A stretch of 61,165 nucleotides of DNA, counting the filler, from Sphacelaria rigidula (Eukaryota): the NCBI GenBank assembly GCA_964200075.2. It is 5 parts of 5 records of this genome, joined end to end, with 100 filler letters (N's around TTAATTAATTAA, not from the genome) between each part and the next. Parts side by side here need not be neighbours in the genome. Positions count along the whole stretch, not along the records: positions 1 to 12,159 come from CAXNAA020004070.1; 4 more parts are not named here. One strand, written 5' to 3'. The translations under genes were made by a program, and so were the position numbers. Below, in pieces: positions 1-12,259 of the stretch. Under the pieces are notes generated by a model. It was not told where the DNA came from. It saw only the letters and a list, made by a program, of their open reading frames with translations, and did not search any database. Each line of letters starts with the position of its first letter. Positions within the stretch are counted from its first letter, which is position 1.

Positions 1-111
1 GGATTGAAACTGTTAAAAAAAGAAAAAAAAATAGGCACGCAGCAATGACAAATCCGAAGCAGCCGTGTGGCATGAGCAGATCGGAGAATATTAGAACACG
101 CACGCCGCCGC

Positions 112-185
112 GACCCGGTGGTGTAATGGTCCGACTGTCGCCATTACGGTGGAGATGAAGAGGGTTCGATTCCCGATGCGTTGGG
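112..185 (+). mobile_element. tRNA-derived SINE head or degenerate tRNA-like sequence
   Basis: Pol III A box TGGTGTAATGG (119-129) and B box GGTTCGATTCC (163-173) at tRNA-like spacing. The acceptor stem does not pair, so it is not an intact tRNA. Confidence 0.45.
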
Positions 186-1369
186 GTTTTTCTTCATGAT
201 ATCTGATTTCCACCGTGGAAAGCGTGAGAGCGTGAGTAAACAAAGTAGTCGACTGAGTTTGTTCGACGTAAGTTGACGCGGTGCGGGAGTGCTGATAGTC
301 ATGACCCACTCCGCGAGACCAAAATGCAAGGTGTGTAGCGGGGGAGAGATAGGTTGAACCCTTGAGACCACGGACTCATGCCGAGGGAGGGCAGGGGTTC
401 CAAGGGCGACAAACTAAAAAACATGTACAGCATTGCCGTCCAACGGGTGAATCAGACAAATTGGATGAAAGGGACATATTCGAGGGGCCGGGGGGGGGGG
501 GGGGGGGGGGGAATGATGATGTAAAAAAATAAAAAAAAAAAAACACGAGGGAGGGGGCCTCCCCACCCCGGGGGGGGGGGGGGNNNNNNNNNNGTGGGGG
601 GGGGTGGGGGGGGCGGGGGGTGGTGGGGGGGGGGGGGGGGGGGGATAATGATTGTGAAAATATTAGCCAAGAGAAACCAAGCGCCAAGGCGTCTGCCTAC
701 ACCTGGCGCGGGGGTACCGTGTGGCATCGCATTGTCATACCGCGTACGTGCATGACAACAACCAGAAAACACGCACCCAACACTGGTGCAGTGCCGTCTC
801 ACACACGCATATTTGACAGTGAAGTGGAGGCGGGAAGCCAGTGTTGCGAACATCACCATTTGTTCATGTGTACACCCATTCGGTGCCATTACTTATCTCC
901 ACACAGACTACATACAAACAAACTGCTACAAAAACCCTTCGACAAACACAATATACTAAAATCTTCTCAGAGTTATCCACCTCCACATGCAGTATATTGA
1001 ATAAAACATACGGGCACGACAGTACGCCATCAACATGCGCTCGATTTGTTTCTTCTCCCTCCACCTATTTTCGACTCAACGCCCCTCCCCCCTCGCCCCA
1101 AGTGAAACAAGTAGAAACATGCCAAAATTGAAATGGCAATATAGGGTAAGGAACACGCTAAGATTAAGATCGCCAGCCATAGTTGATAAGTTTCTATGAA
1201 ATATAATGATAAAAGGGCAGGCTGGAGTAAGGTGCAAAAGCGCAGGCAAGAAAGTATGAAAAGACATAGGAGGAAACCAAGACGAGATATGTCCATAGGT
1301 GAATGCGGGGGGGGGGGGGGTACAAGACAAAAGCGAGAGATACGTTAACGGCTCTACGGACGGCCGACA

Positions 1370-1530
1370 GACGGTCGGGGTTGAAGGTGCCCTCTGGCCC
1401 TCAGCAGCGAAGAAGGAAGGAGGGATACCGTGGCACGCGGGGGTGCTGCAGGGAGCGGAGAGGTTCATGACCTCTTGACACAAGAACTAGGAGGAGGCCA
1501 GCCGAATACGGCAGCTTGTACCGAGCTGAA
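1370..1530 (+). mobile_element. Probable LINE ORF2 C-terminal fragment (decayed)
   Basis: Frame reads SAAKKEGGIPWHAGVLQGAERFMTS*HKN*EEASRIRQ, resembling the W..V..G...F tail of RTE-type ORF2; contains in-frame stops. Confidence 0.3.
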
Positions 1531-1613
1531 CATGGCGGAGGTGGGAGGAGTACGCATAATCTACCCCTGTCTTATTTTCTCCCACTAATTGCTGACTTCC
1601 ATGCACCCCTTGA

Positions 1614-1693
1614 TCAGAAAGCAGACAGTTTACCCATTGAACCAGTGAGCGAGAGCGCTCACTGGTTTAATGGGTAAACTGTCTGCTTCCTGA
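1614..1693. ncRNA. Near-perfect 80-nt hairpin (candidate pre-miRNA or MITE remnant)
   Basis: 38-bp stem (1614-1651 pairs with 1656-1693), 4-nt loop AGAG, one mismatch and one G-U pair. The hairpin is directly visible; ncRNA status is inferred. Confidence 0.4.
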
Positions 1694-2159
1694 AATACCC
1701 TCTCCCGAGGTGGTAGGTTGTCATGTGGTGCTTTTCCTGTGATGCCTAGTATATTGGTATACATTGCTGTCCCTCTAGAGGTACAACAAAAGAAGCCCGC
1801 AATTTTTATCGCAATGGTTGATAATCTTGGTCCCCGAGTTGGGCTCCCTTCCTGTATGGCGTCTCGAGCAGAGTGGAGTAATGGGCCCTGCCTCCAATAG
1901 CCCGAATGGTCGCTTACGGCATCGGAACTTAGAAGGTTAGCATTATTTTCCTTCTTCTTCTCTATTCATTATTCCTTTCATTTTATTTGTTTTCCTCCTT
2001 TTGTATCGCGTTTGCGCGAGTCTTTCTGGGTCCGATCTCACCTTTTCCGTTTCTCTTACCCTACTTACAGGTAGTTAGCCCGTGACCACGGAAGGCGTCC
2101 GCATCATATGCCCAGTTCAGAGTACTGCGCAGATATCGGAATGGTTTTTAATGCGAAAC

Positions 2160-2370
2160 AATGACAACGACAATACTAGGGGATAAACGGTGGCCACAGA
2201 CGGCGAGTCAGGAGGGGGATAAAACATGTAAAAGATTTGTGAGTAGTGCATGGAAGACACATATCAAGCGCCCAAATGTTGGAGTTGTCTCTATTTGGAG
2301 CAGGAACTGTGCTCCAACTCGAAAGGGATGCGTGGTCGACTGTCGAACCACCAAGACAAGGAATAGGTGA
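2160..2370 (+). mobile_element. 3' fragment of the LINE family found at 9780-12110
   Basis: ILGDKRWPQTASQEGDKTCKRF..NVGVVSI..KGCVV matches ILGDGW*PQTAKQDGDKICKMF..NVGGVSI..KGCVV at ~11900-12070. Confidence 0.7.
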
Positions 2371-3764
2371 GTAACCCCACCACCCCCCCCCCCCCCCCCC
2401 CCCCGCCCCCCCCGGCAGAGGAGGCCCCACACGCCGTCGTCAGTGNNNNNNNNNNCGCAAGCCCGCAGAGAGCGTGTCGCGCCCCGCCCCCCCCCACAGC
2501 AGAGGAAAGGTCGTATACCCCCCCCCCCCCCCCCCGCGCGCGCACGCCGTCCGAAGCGAGTAACACACGAGGCAGTACGTACCGCGTGGCTGTCTCTGGA
2601 AGTGGCGATACCAGAAAATGAAGCAACTTATTGGAGGCTGTCATCCAAATGCAAGATAGTCGGTACGCTTCACGCCGAACAATCTTGGCATAACGGAGCT
2701 CACCCTTCATGCGACTCGCCGAACATATCACGGCGCTTCGCCCTCGGCGATTGATTGCGAGCCTGGTACGGCGAACACCCGGCGTGCTCCGCCCCAGCTT
2801 TGTAGGAATGCGGGGTTAATGGTCTTAGGACTACGGCTCGCAAGACCATAAGGACATCTTCACTCCGGACGAATCCGCAGTGGTCTGAAGGTCATTAACT
2901 AACCCCATGTCTCCCCCGAACGTGTACACGGCATACTCTCTACTTTCAGCATCGAATCAGCACTCCTGCCGTTGATCAACTTCCATAGAACTATCAACGT
3001 TTCCCCCAACTTCACGCTCTTGATATTTTCGGAAGAATTGAAACCCCTGGAACATCACTCCTTCTGTCCGTATTCGATTCCACAAATTGGTTCCAAAGTA
3101 GTGTTTCATTTTCGTACCACTTCGACAATCTGGGGGGCGCGGCGAATCCATTCACCGAATGAACATAATCGACCCCTCAGACCGCCCATAACCAATTATT
3201 ATTACTCCTAGAGAATCTTGTCCACTTGAAGTTCCGCGAGATTCATCGGATGATGACAGTTTTGTAGGCGGCGTACATGCACGCACAAGCACACGCTGAA
3301 TGACAAGGACATGGGAGGCGCTCAAAAGGAGTGCTGGACAAGGCAACGCTACAAACATTTAGCCAATAACAGTACGCACGCGCACAGTCGTTTGATTTGT
3401 CATGGTCCAGGAAAGAAAAAAATGCGCCCTATATTTTTTTACATGTGTGCGCGTGCCGACATGCTCGTACATGCATGACCACCTACACGTCGCCACCCTT
3501 TTACTACCGTGTTCTCGTCGCTTTAATGGAAAAGCAATGTGCTCACGGCCATGGCCCCATGCACGAATAATAATGACGCGAGCAATGCGCATTGCAGTGG
3601 CATTTTCACGGATATTCAGGCGTTGTCTCTCCCTACCCGAAAAACTTTTCTAAATCTTCTCCTGCCATCCCCTAACCCCTCGTCCTAGAAGCCGCCCGGC
3701 TCGTCGCGCCCAAGTTAATAGCGATCAGAGCGGTCAAAGGTTTTGATCACAAATTGATATTGCT

Positions 3765-4720
3765 GTGAAGTGGACCAGTTAATACTGTCGATTAAACTGG
3801 AACTTGAGTTAAACTGGAACTGGCGACGAGGGCGCCAGCTTTTTCAGTTAATTTGAGGTTTACCGTTACCGGCTATTTTTATGCTATTTGTAGTATGGTG
3901 ACTTTATAACAAAGATGCTGACGCCATATTTACACTTTGACTGCACAATTGAGGCCTGCACTGCACAGTTGCAGAGAAATATGGCGTATCAATTGAGACG
4001 GAGAGCGCTTCACAGGCGACAACGGAAACTGTTTGCATCGATGACGCGTGAAGCAGCGGTGCGCAGCTTCATGCTTCGTATCATGTTTCGGTCGACTTGC
4101 ACAGCATCAGTTTGGCGTTGTGTGGCAGTATCATAAGACACGACGAACGGGTTGGTCCTGGGTCAGTCACTACGTGGCTATTTCAGAAGTTTTCTGCTTT
4201 TTTTTCTCCGGTTTGCTCCGATGGTACCTCCTAGTTCAGTTGTTTTCGGCCGTAGTGTAAGTCGACGGCGGGTCCGTCGAATGAGGAGAATGGAGGAAGA
4301 AAAAGGATATGTGACATATTTACGTCGGAGCGCTTGATGCGGAACTGACTGCAGAACGCCAAACCTCGATTGACAGTTGTCAATTGCCGATTGCATTATG
4401 AAGAGCGTTTTGAAGATATGCAGCATATGCTCATTGCACCTCGAAGTGATATGCTACAGCGGATATATGCCAAGTTTGTCGTTCCTTTGCGCGACGTCCC
4501 AAAACAATAAAAAAAAGTCAAATATTGCAGTCTTTCTTGTCTCGGGCGGCGCTCCCGCAAGGCCCCCCAATCAGCCGGGGGGGGGTCGCGGTTTTGCCGC
4601 TCGCCGCCGATAAAATCCCAGTTGACCGACTTTGCCAATTAACCGGGAAAACTTCGAGGTACTGGCAGCGCCAGAGGCCAGTTTAAATTTAACTAGCCAG
4701 AGCTGCCAGTTTACAGCTCT
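3765..4720. mobile_element. Possible decayed non-autonomous TIR element
   Basis: Repeated TAAACTGG motifs near 3790-3840 are mirrored as CCAGTTTA near 4660-4720. Termini are not sharply defined. Confidence 0.25.
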
Positions 4721-4750
4721 ACAAATTGAGCAATTGTATTCCAATATCAC

Positions 4751-4876
4751 CTGCACAAGCTGCAATAAATCTTTGTTCGCCTCGCCAGCCTTTTCGCAAA
4801 CTACTGGATCAGAGTCCGATATGCAATGCATGATGGCCCCCAACTGCTCCGAGTACAAGTCCACCAGCCTCTCGCC
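4751..4876 (-). CDS. VAC14: VAC14 (PIKfyve/Fab1 complex HEAT scaffold), internal exon, third of three seen
   Basis: cag|GERLVDLYSEQLGAIMHCISDSDPVVCEKAGEANKDLLQLVQ|gtgat; 126 nt, phase 0/0. Resembles the VAC14 segment GDQLVRYYADILGAILPCISD (recalled from plant VAC14). Confidence 0.9.
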
Positions 4877-5885
4877 CTGGACGTGGGCAAGTAGAAAAAT
4901 AAAAAGACAACAGAGAGCACCGCGGACCAAGCAACATGGTCGGCGCCCGGGGGGGGGAAGGTGTGCGTGCAGGATGTGAGCTTGACGTGAAAAGATCTGG
5001 TACTTGAAGACATAGTCGCCACGACTCAATGTTTTTCGACAAAGGCTGTCGCTTAAGCAGTACCTCCTTGATGGTCACATCACCATCAAAATGAAAACAC
5101 AACAAGCCGTGGGGAAATATGCCCCATCAAAAGAACGCAGGATGATACATGAGCTGGCGAGTCTCACCATCATGTCACACATTCCATGTCAAGAGACCGA
5201 ACGGGACGCAGTATTACAGACGCTGACTTTATTGGATAACGAAGTCAATCCAGTGCTTTTGTTGGGCAAATCCATCTTGTGACGACAGCGTCAACAGGAC
5301 CCTTGTGGATCAGTGAATGTGCGACAATCAACTCATCAAGTACAGTGCTCCCATCAACTTAACGTAGAGCACCACCACGTGAACAGTACGGACAAGGGTG
5401 GGCACCAACATCAACAACTCGTAAAAGGTAAGCCGAATGTTTTCTCTGTAACACAGATAGACAGCACTTGAAGAATCCCTGGCAATTTTCACTCTGTAGC
5501 TCAGACTGAACTGAGCCTGAGCAAAATAGGCAAGCGTCAGAGGGACTGCTGGAGTGGTCATTATCCAATACATCAATAGTGATGAAGTCCGAGGCAGGTT
5601 GCGTACTGGGGGAGAAAAATGGACCGATCCCTTGAACCCACCGAGTCGTCACCAGGAAGGGACGAACGGGCAACACAAGATCACAAGACGGGAAGAGGAG
5701 AATGAAGAAAACGTAATAAAGAAAATGGATGAAAAATAAATATACAAAACAAAAACGAAGTGAAATATAAAAGTCAAATAAAATAACAATGAAATCAATA
5801 ATAAAATGAAACAAAACAAATGTAAAAATCGTACGCGTGTTCATCCCTACCAAGCTACGGAACACCAAGCGTCCCCATGCCTCAC

Positions 5886-6015
5886 CCCGAGTTTGATGAA
5901 CTCGTGCACCCACTCCACGGCCGTGAGCCGATTGAATCGCTCCTTGGAGTTACAGTGAGACACCAGGATGCTTACCATGGGCCCGAACTCGACGAACGTG
6001 GACGCTTTGATCTCC
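5886..6015 (-). CDS. VAC14: VAC14 internal exon, second of three seen
   Basis: cag|G-EIKASTFVEFGPMVSILVSHCNSKERFNRLTAVEWVHEFIKLG|gtgag; 130 nt, phase 2/0, in frame with both neighbours. Resembles VAC14 RLTAITWINEFVKLG. Confidence 0.92.
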
Positions 6016-6719
6016 CTGTCGGCCGCAGATACGACGAAAACAACGCCAAGAGAGAGATGGGCTCATCCCTCGAGACCATTAGACCACGGGCTCGTCTTGA
6101 GGAAAGGGAGGAGCATCACAAAAGCCAATAATAAAAAGCGGCGAACCGACACATATAAGCGGGAGAAAACAGTCTCAGGGACGGGGTCCGCCAGTGACAT
6201 ACATGAGCGGACTCGAAACGTTCAAGCCTGTGAAACTGGATCTTCGGCAACCTAGGCAACGCGGTCTCCAGTACAAAGAGCTCGGAAGAGAAGGGCCACC
6301 GCATGGACCCTGGTTGAACGTCGCGGGTACTGCACTCGCAAAGCAATTATTTGTACATAGTTTTGAAAAAATAAAACAACGAATTATCACTCGTTCGATT
6401 CGATTCAACTCAATTCAGCCGCTGTCCGACACCACTAACTACACCATGGCAAAACCTAATTCGTGTCATCGGGGATGAACTTGACCCAACGACACAACGG
6501 ACACCTGACGTAATCAACGTATAAAATATTGCGAGACCACCGAAGGTCGACACGACAGTATATCATCGACAAAACTCATGATAGAGAAAGCGAGGAGGGG
6601 GGCAAATGGGGGCAATATACGTGCGCAGGCAAACACACGAGGAGCACAAACACCACTTCACTCTTCCGAGAGGTCAATACACATTCACGTGCACAAACCA
6701 AGCACATCGATATAAAAAT

Positions 6720-7064
6720 GTGTTGTGTTCTGTATAGGGTAAGGGTACACTTGGTAGCGTATGAGATTTCTTATTGAACTTACAGAACTGTCGGTTACCG
6801 GTATGGAAGTCTAACAGAACTTACAGAGCCGTCGAGCACCGGTGTGGAAGTCTTACAGAACTTACGGAGCCTGTCGGGTACGGTGTGGAGGTTGTACAAG
6901 GGTATATCCGTACCCCGGGAAAGGGTAAACATTTGATACCGATCTCACACAACTATCGGGTACCGTTATGAGAAGATTACAGCACTCACAGAACTGTCAG
7001 ACGTGGGTAATACGCGGGTTCATGCCCGGGTATACAAAAGCTCGTACCCTACAGAGCACAACTC
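6720..7064. mobile_element. MITE with GAGTTGTGCTCTGTAGGGTAC-type TIRs and internal ~36-bp subrepeats
   Basis: Left end GTGTTGTGTTCTGTATAGGGTA versus reverse complement of right end GAGTTGTGCTCTGTAGGGTAC; internal repeats of ACAGAACTTACAGA..GTCGGGTACCGGT.TGGAAGTCT. Lies in a VAC14 intron. Confidence 0.65.
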
Positions 7065-7076
7065 TGGAAAACTTAC

Positions 7077-7225
7077 TTCAAAAAGTCGGACAGGGCCTGG
7101 TCCGCGGCGAGCCTAATCTCTCTGTTGCTATCGCTCAGCATGTTGAACAGGCCGTCTAAGAAGTCAGGCAGCCAATCGATCATGTTGATGTCCGGGACGC
7201 TGTCCAACACGGTGATCCAGCCCAC
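7077..7225 (-). CDS. VAC14: VAC14 internal exon, first of three seen
   Basis: tag|VGWITVLDSVPDINMIDWLPDFLDGLFNMLSDSNREIRLAADQALSDFL-AA|gtaagt; 149 nt, phase 0/2. Contains the conserved VAC14 motif WITVLDSVPDI..LPDFLDGLFNMLSD. Confidence 0.95.
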
Positions 7226-7654
7226 CTACGAAACGAAAAAAAAAGAAGAAAAAAAAAGCAAGAGCCATTATTCAATCGGAGCGGGAGTGCGTATTCGTCG
7301 TATTCTAGTGGCGAAATTCCAAGCCGTTCCACCGCCTGGTGAGCTTTTTGATCACACGAATCCGCGTGCAAGGTAAATATGGAGTCGAGAGCACAGCCAT
7401 ACGGGTGTCCTACAAAATACATGATCTTGAGATACAGCACACTGATTTCAGTGTGCATCGAACGCAATACCACAGCAGAGTTGACCGGTGTTGGGCTGCA
7501 AACGTCCATGGTTGACACATTACTTGATTTGAGTGTGTACAACGAGAATCGGATAGTTAGTAAAGCTGAGAGTCCCGTGTGCTCCTGGCATGCACACAAC
7601 GCGTTTCAGTTTAAATCGGCGCCAATTTCGGGTCTACCAAGGCTGCACTTTGCC

Positions 7655-8881
7655 TAGGGAATGCTATCACACGTCGGACGGATAATTTTTTATAGGACTC
7701 AGGTCATACAGCTCAAGTGTGAACACACCTGTGTACCCGATTCGGATGATACAGTACAACTCTTAATGGAGCGGTCCTCGTGATTCGGATATCATCGATC
7801 AGGAGGGCGGCATCTTGTACGGGTTATAAGGATACACATTTTTTTTTACGTTTCGTGTACACCTAATTCGAATTACATAGGTGTGCCCAAGGAGGTGATG
7901 TACAGATTAACAGATAATACAAATCACTCGTGGCAGGTTTGTACGGATACTCGGGTCATACAGATCATCATCAGACAGATATGTACGAATCACATGGGTC
8001 ATAAAGATCAGTCATGATGCCATGTATGTGTGCAGCGCCAAAAAGTATACGTACTTCATATAGCTGCTACAGTCAGCAGTCAACATACGGACTTGTGAAT
8101 ATGCACAATATACACGGGCCAGGATAGCAGGTGAGGAACACTGAATATCTTCCATTATATACTTCATCCGGATGCACCGACAGTGCATAGAAAAAATATG
8201 CACCCCCACCGTGCAACCACTCGAAATAAAATATACGTAGTTCATGTTGCATGTGCCTGGGTTGCTACAGGTTCACAGGTGAGGGAGCTGAATATTTTTT
8301 TCTTGCATACTTGACTCGGATCTTAGTGGTGCGGGAGAGTGTTTCCTGTATACTAGATTCGGATTCCACAGGTAAGGGGTAGCTTTTGGTGTACATGAGA
8401 TTCAAATCGCCCGGGTCGACGACAAGCTACTGCACTTGCCTGACCCGAGTGATATAAATCACAACTATGTGGTGTTGTACAGATGGCATTTCTTCATATC
8501 AGTCGTACACGAAAGTGTGTGTGTGAACCGGATCGTACAGCTCGTCGCTCGGCAAATATGTACGGGTCAAGTGGGTCCTACGGATCAGCATCAGACAAAC
8601 GTGCACGGGTCACAGCACACCTCGGACAGATCATGATCTACGCCCCAAATGAGCTGACCCGGATCTGTCACGATCTGATCCGTCCGACGTGTGAATGCTA
8701 TGTATCGCCCTTGCCCGGGGGTTTCTCGGTATACTAGATTGAGTTGGGGTCGGTGAGGGTTAGGGGTAGCAATACTTGTAAAATGTGTGAACCATGGACA
8801 TTTTTTGTAAACCAACGCCGGTTAACAAGCCTCCAATATCATGTCCGACACGGATGGAATAGTACGGATGGAATAACCCTA
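7655..8881. mobile_element. Non-autonomous TIR element with TAGGG..CCCTA ends (hAT-like termini)
   Basis: Imperfect TIR TAGGG..GTCGGAC at both ends; many subterminal GATC/TACGGATC motifs; flanks TTGCC/CTGCC; no transposase. Confidence 0.4.
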
Positions 8882-9779
8882 CTGCCCAGAATGTGCGATT
8901 GATCGATATATATATATATATATATTTACATGAATATTATGCTCTGAGCTACATCTACAGCCATCACCAAAATGTGTAAGTCAATTTTTGGACCCAACAC
9001 AGACAGACTTCAGCATACACTACGAACCACGTGAAACTTCCTACGTGACACTGTACGAATGGCATTTTCTAGTCAAAGCCATTCAACACAGTTAGGTAGG
9101 CCACCAACACAAGGGCACGGTATCGCATCGCGCACTTGCACTTTTCCAACACTCACATCATTTTCACTTCTTCCCACGCCTTACTTCCGACACACCCCTC
9201 CTGCAGCCCCAAGGGATCGACCGACCTACCTCTTCCCCAGCACTTGCCCCATACTTCGCTCATGAAGCATGGATCATCACTTCAGCAATTCGTCGATTTT
9301 CACTCGAACTATTTTCACCTACTGTATCCGTAACTCTCGCGTCGACATTTTCGGGCACAGATAATCAGAGGGAAAAAGGAAAAACATACTCCAACACCGA
9401 GATTCGAAACCCCCCAGCTCCGCTAGAACTGATGCTGGTGTGCACCACTGGGGTACGGAGGCCATTACACTTACTTGCTCGGTGTACAGAAGTATGAGTG
9501 AAGAAAAAAAGGGCAAGCTTCCTTCTCCTGTGAAAGAGCGTCGCAAAGGCGTACTGGACACTGTTATTCAGAACGTACATGCCCCCCCCCCCCCCCCCCC
9601 ACCCACAGCGGGACGGAGAGGAAAAACGAAACGGAAGAAAAAAAGAGGGAGGTACTTAAAAAANNNNNNNNNNAAAAAAAAAAGCAAGGCTTCCTCTCCT
9701 GTGGAAGAGCGGGGCAAAAGCGTATGGGGCACCGTTATTCAGAACGTAAATGCCCCCCCCCCCCCCCAGGTCAAATACG

Positions 9780-12110
9780 GGGAAGATACGAAGAACACGG
9801 ATGGAGTAGAGATGCTGAAGTTCCTTGTAATAACTAGATGAAGACGCTGAACGATAGCGCACTAAAGCCAGAGGCGCAACGAGCATGGACGAGGAAATGC
9901 GAAAACAATTTAGAACGCTCCGTCACCCGAAGTTCGACACGGAATTTGAAGAAAAAATCAACGCGTGGGCAGATGCAAATGTAGAGACGTCAAAATGGGC
10001 GGATAATGGCTCGAAAGAATTGCAGAGAGAGTTTACGAGAGATGAAGTAAAGGAGTGCGTAGCTAAACTCAAGAACAGAAAGGCAGTGGGGGCAGAACAA
10101 ATAGTGAATAAATTTCTGAAGTACGGGCGAGAGGGAATGATTATCATGATGGTTATGCTGTATAACTGCATCTGGGAAAACGAGTACCCAAGACACACCC
10201 AAGAGGTGGGGAGAAGGAGTAGTAGTCAACCTTTTCAAAAAAAGAGACAAGGCTGACCCAGGGAACTACAGAAGGATGACGCTACTGAGCACGGAAGGGA
10301 AAACATCCTGTAAGATTCTGAATGATAGAGTAGGAACGATGCTAGAAAAGGAAGAGAAAATTAGCGAGGGGCAAGCAAGATTTAGACAAAATCGTAGTTG
10401 CGTAGACCATGTGTGCACACTAAGTAAGATTATTTAAGGTAGCTACAGGAAAGACGCCGGGCTGATAACGTACAGTTTCTTCCTGGACGTTCAAAGGCTC
10501 ATGACACGGTATGGAGACATGGGCTGTGGAAGAAGCTGTGGGAAACTGGCATCAGAGTAAAGATGGGGGAAAAGGAGAAGAGAATGACAGAATGTGCCAA
10601 AAGTGCTATGATGCTCGACGGGGAAACATCGAAATGTTTTTATATTTTACAGGGAGTTGCACAACGATGTGTATCATCACTCACTTCATTCAAGGTATTC
10701 ACTAATGACCTGATATTAGCAATAGAAGGAGCGAAGGAAGGAGTCAATGTGAGTAAAGATGAGTCAAGATATGGTATCAGGATTGATGTTTGCGGATGAT
10801 TTTGTGAGGACTTCAGAAACACCAGAAGGATTACAAACATGAGTAGACAAGGCGCTAGAATACACTAGGAAATGGAGAGTGACAGCGAACGCGAACAAAG
10901 GCGCGGTACTCGTCTGTAACGAAGATAAGAAAATTCCGATAGAGTTGAAATGAAAGTGGGGAGAATAGGAGCTGCCGATCGTAGACCAGTATCTCAAAAA
11001 ACTGTTCTTGGGATGTACACATGAACAAAGTGATAGAAAAGGGTGAGGCACAAATAAGGATGGACGTGATCCTCAGAGACTCGCAGCTTGATACTAGGAT
11101 TACGAGATGTATCTTGATGAACGTGATTGTACCAAAGCTGGAATATGCGGGAGACGTATGGGAGGGGAACGAGAAGCTGGTGAAGAAGTTGGAAACAGTA
11201 CGGATGGCAGCAGCAAATGAAATACTTGGATGCTCGAAAACGACGAGTAGTACAGTTTTGAGAGCAGACTTGGGAACTTGGGAATGTACTCACTTGAAAC
11301 TAACAGACATGAAAAAATTGAGATGGCCATGAAGCTAGAAGATTATAAGACAAGGATTTCCAGCTATAGATGATAGGGCTGTACGGACGAAAATGACGAA
11401 AGGGCGGGCTGGAATGAGATGAGACAAAGAAGTCGACAAAGTGTGGAAGGAAAAAGGAGGAAACCAAGAAGGAATACTGCCCATAGGTGACGGCGCAAGG
11501 GACAAGACAAATGTAGAAGACATAATAGAAAAACGGGAAAATAAGCACTCAGACGCAAAGGAGACGAGGAAGAACACCTCAAGACATACGGGAGGTTGAA
11601 ATAGGGGGAAGGGATGGAAACATATCTGCATGCCCCCATGGACGCGGCGAAAAATCTAAAACTGCGATTTCGGGTGGGACCTGGACCTGTCGGAGGGAGA
11701 ATGAGATTCACCAGTAGACGAGAGGAGGAGAAAGTAGATGCATAGGATTGCCCCTGTGGCAATCAAAAGAGAGCAGAATTCATGAAGTGGCAGAATGTGA
11801 ACTATACTTGGAGGGACGGGACGTGCTAGAGGGGGAAATGCGGGACGTCAACGAAGGTGGCATGATATCGTTTGATGAATTAGACAGCAGCGAGAAAACG
11901 ATGGCTATACTAGGGGATGGATGGTGACCACAGACGGCGAAACAGGACGGGGATAAGATATGCAAAATGTTTTTGTGTAATGTATGAAAGAAACGTAACG
12001 AGCACTGGAATGTTGGAGGTGTTTCTATTACAAGTAGGAACGGTACTCCGTGTCAAAAGGGGTGCGTGGTCAAAGATCAAACGACTAAAGCAAGCAACAA
12101 ATGAGTACGC
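9780..12110 (+). mobile_element. Decayed non-LTR (LINE) retrotransposon, RT domain and C-terminus
   Basis: LKNRKAVGAEQI, DPGNYRRMTLLS, EGQARFR, FFLDVQK, LQGVAQ, LMFADD, KLEYAGDVW motifs spread over several frames with stops. Confidence 0.88.
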
Positions 12111-12159
12111 CCCCTCATGACTTCCCTCCACCCACCCTAACCACTCTGCCCCCGGCCAA

Positions 12160-12259
12160 NNNNNNNNNNNNNNNNNNNNNNNNNNNNNNNNNNNNNNNNN
12201 NNNTTAATTAATTAANNNNNNNNNNNNNNNNNNNNNNNNNNNNNNNNNNNNNNNNNNNN
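12160..12259. other. Artificial scaffold linker N44-TTAATTAATTAA-N44
   Basis: Fixed 100-bp spacer whose core gives stop codons in all six frames. Confidence 0.97.

Noticed and set aside
112-185. Functional tRNA gene
   Set aside because: The acceptor stem and part of the T stem do not pair; only the promoter boxes remain.
481-660. Poly-G runs and apparent duplication around a short N gap (also 2380-2540 and 9497-9770); poly-Pro/Gly ORFs
   Set aside because: Garbled near-duplicate sequence on each side of short gaps next to G/C homopolymers is typical of read-quality decay and overlapping contig ends.
5030-5600. Extra VAC14 exon or other gene within the intron
   Set aside because: The flanking exons already join seamlessly (KLG|GERL) and no frame here resembles a protein I recognise.
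12204-12215. TTAATTAATTAA as a biological motif or piggyBac site
   Set aside because: Identical in all four 100-bp N spacers; it is an artificial six-frame stop linker.
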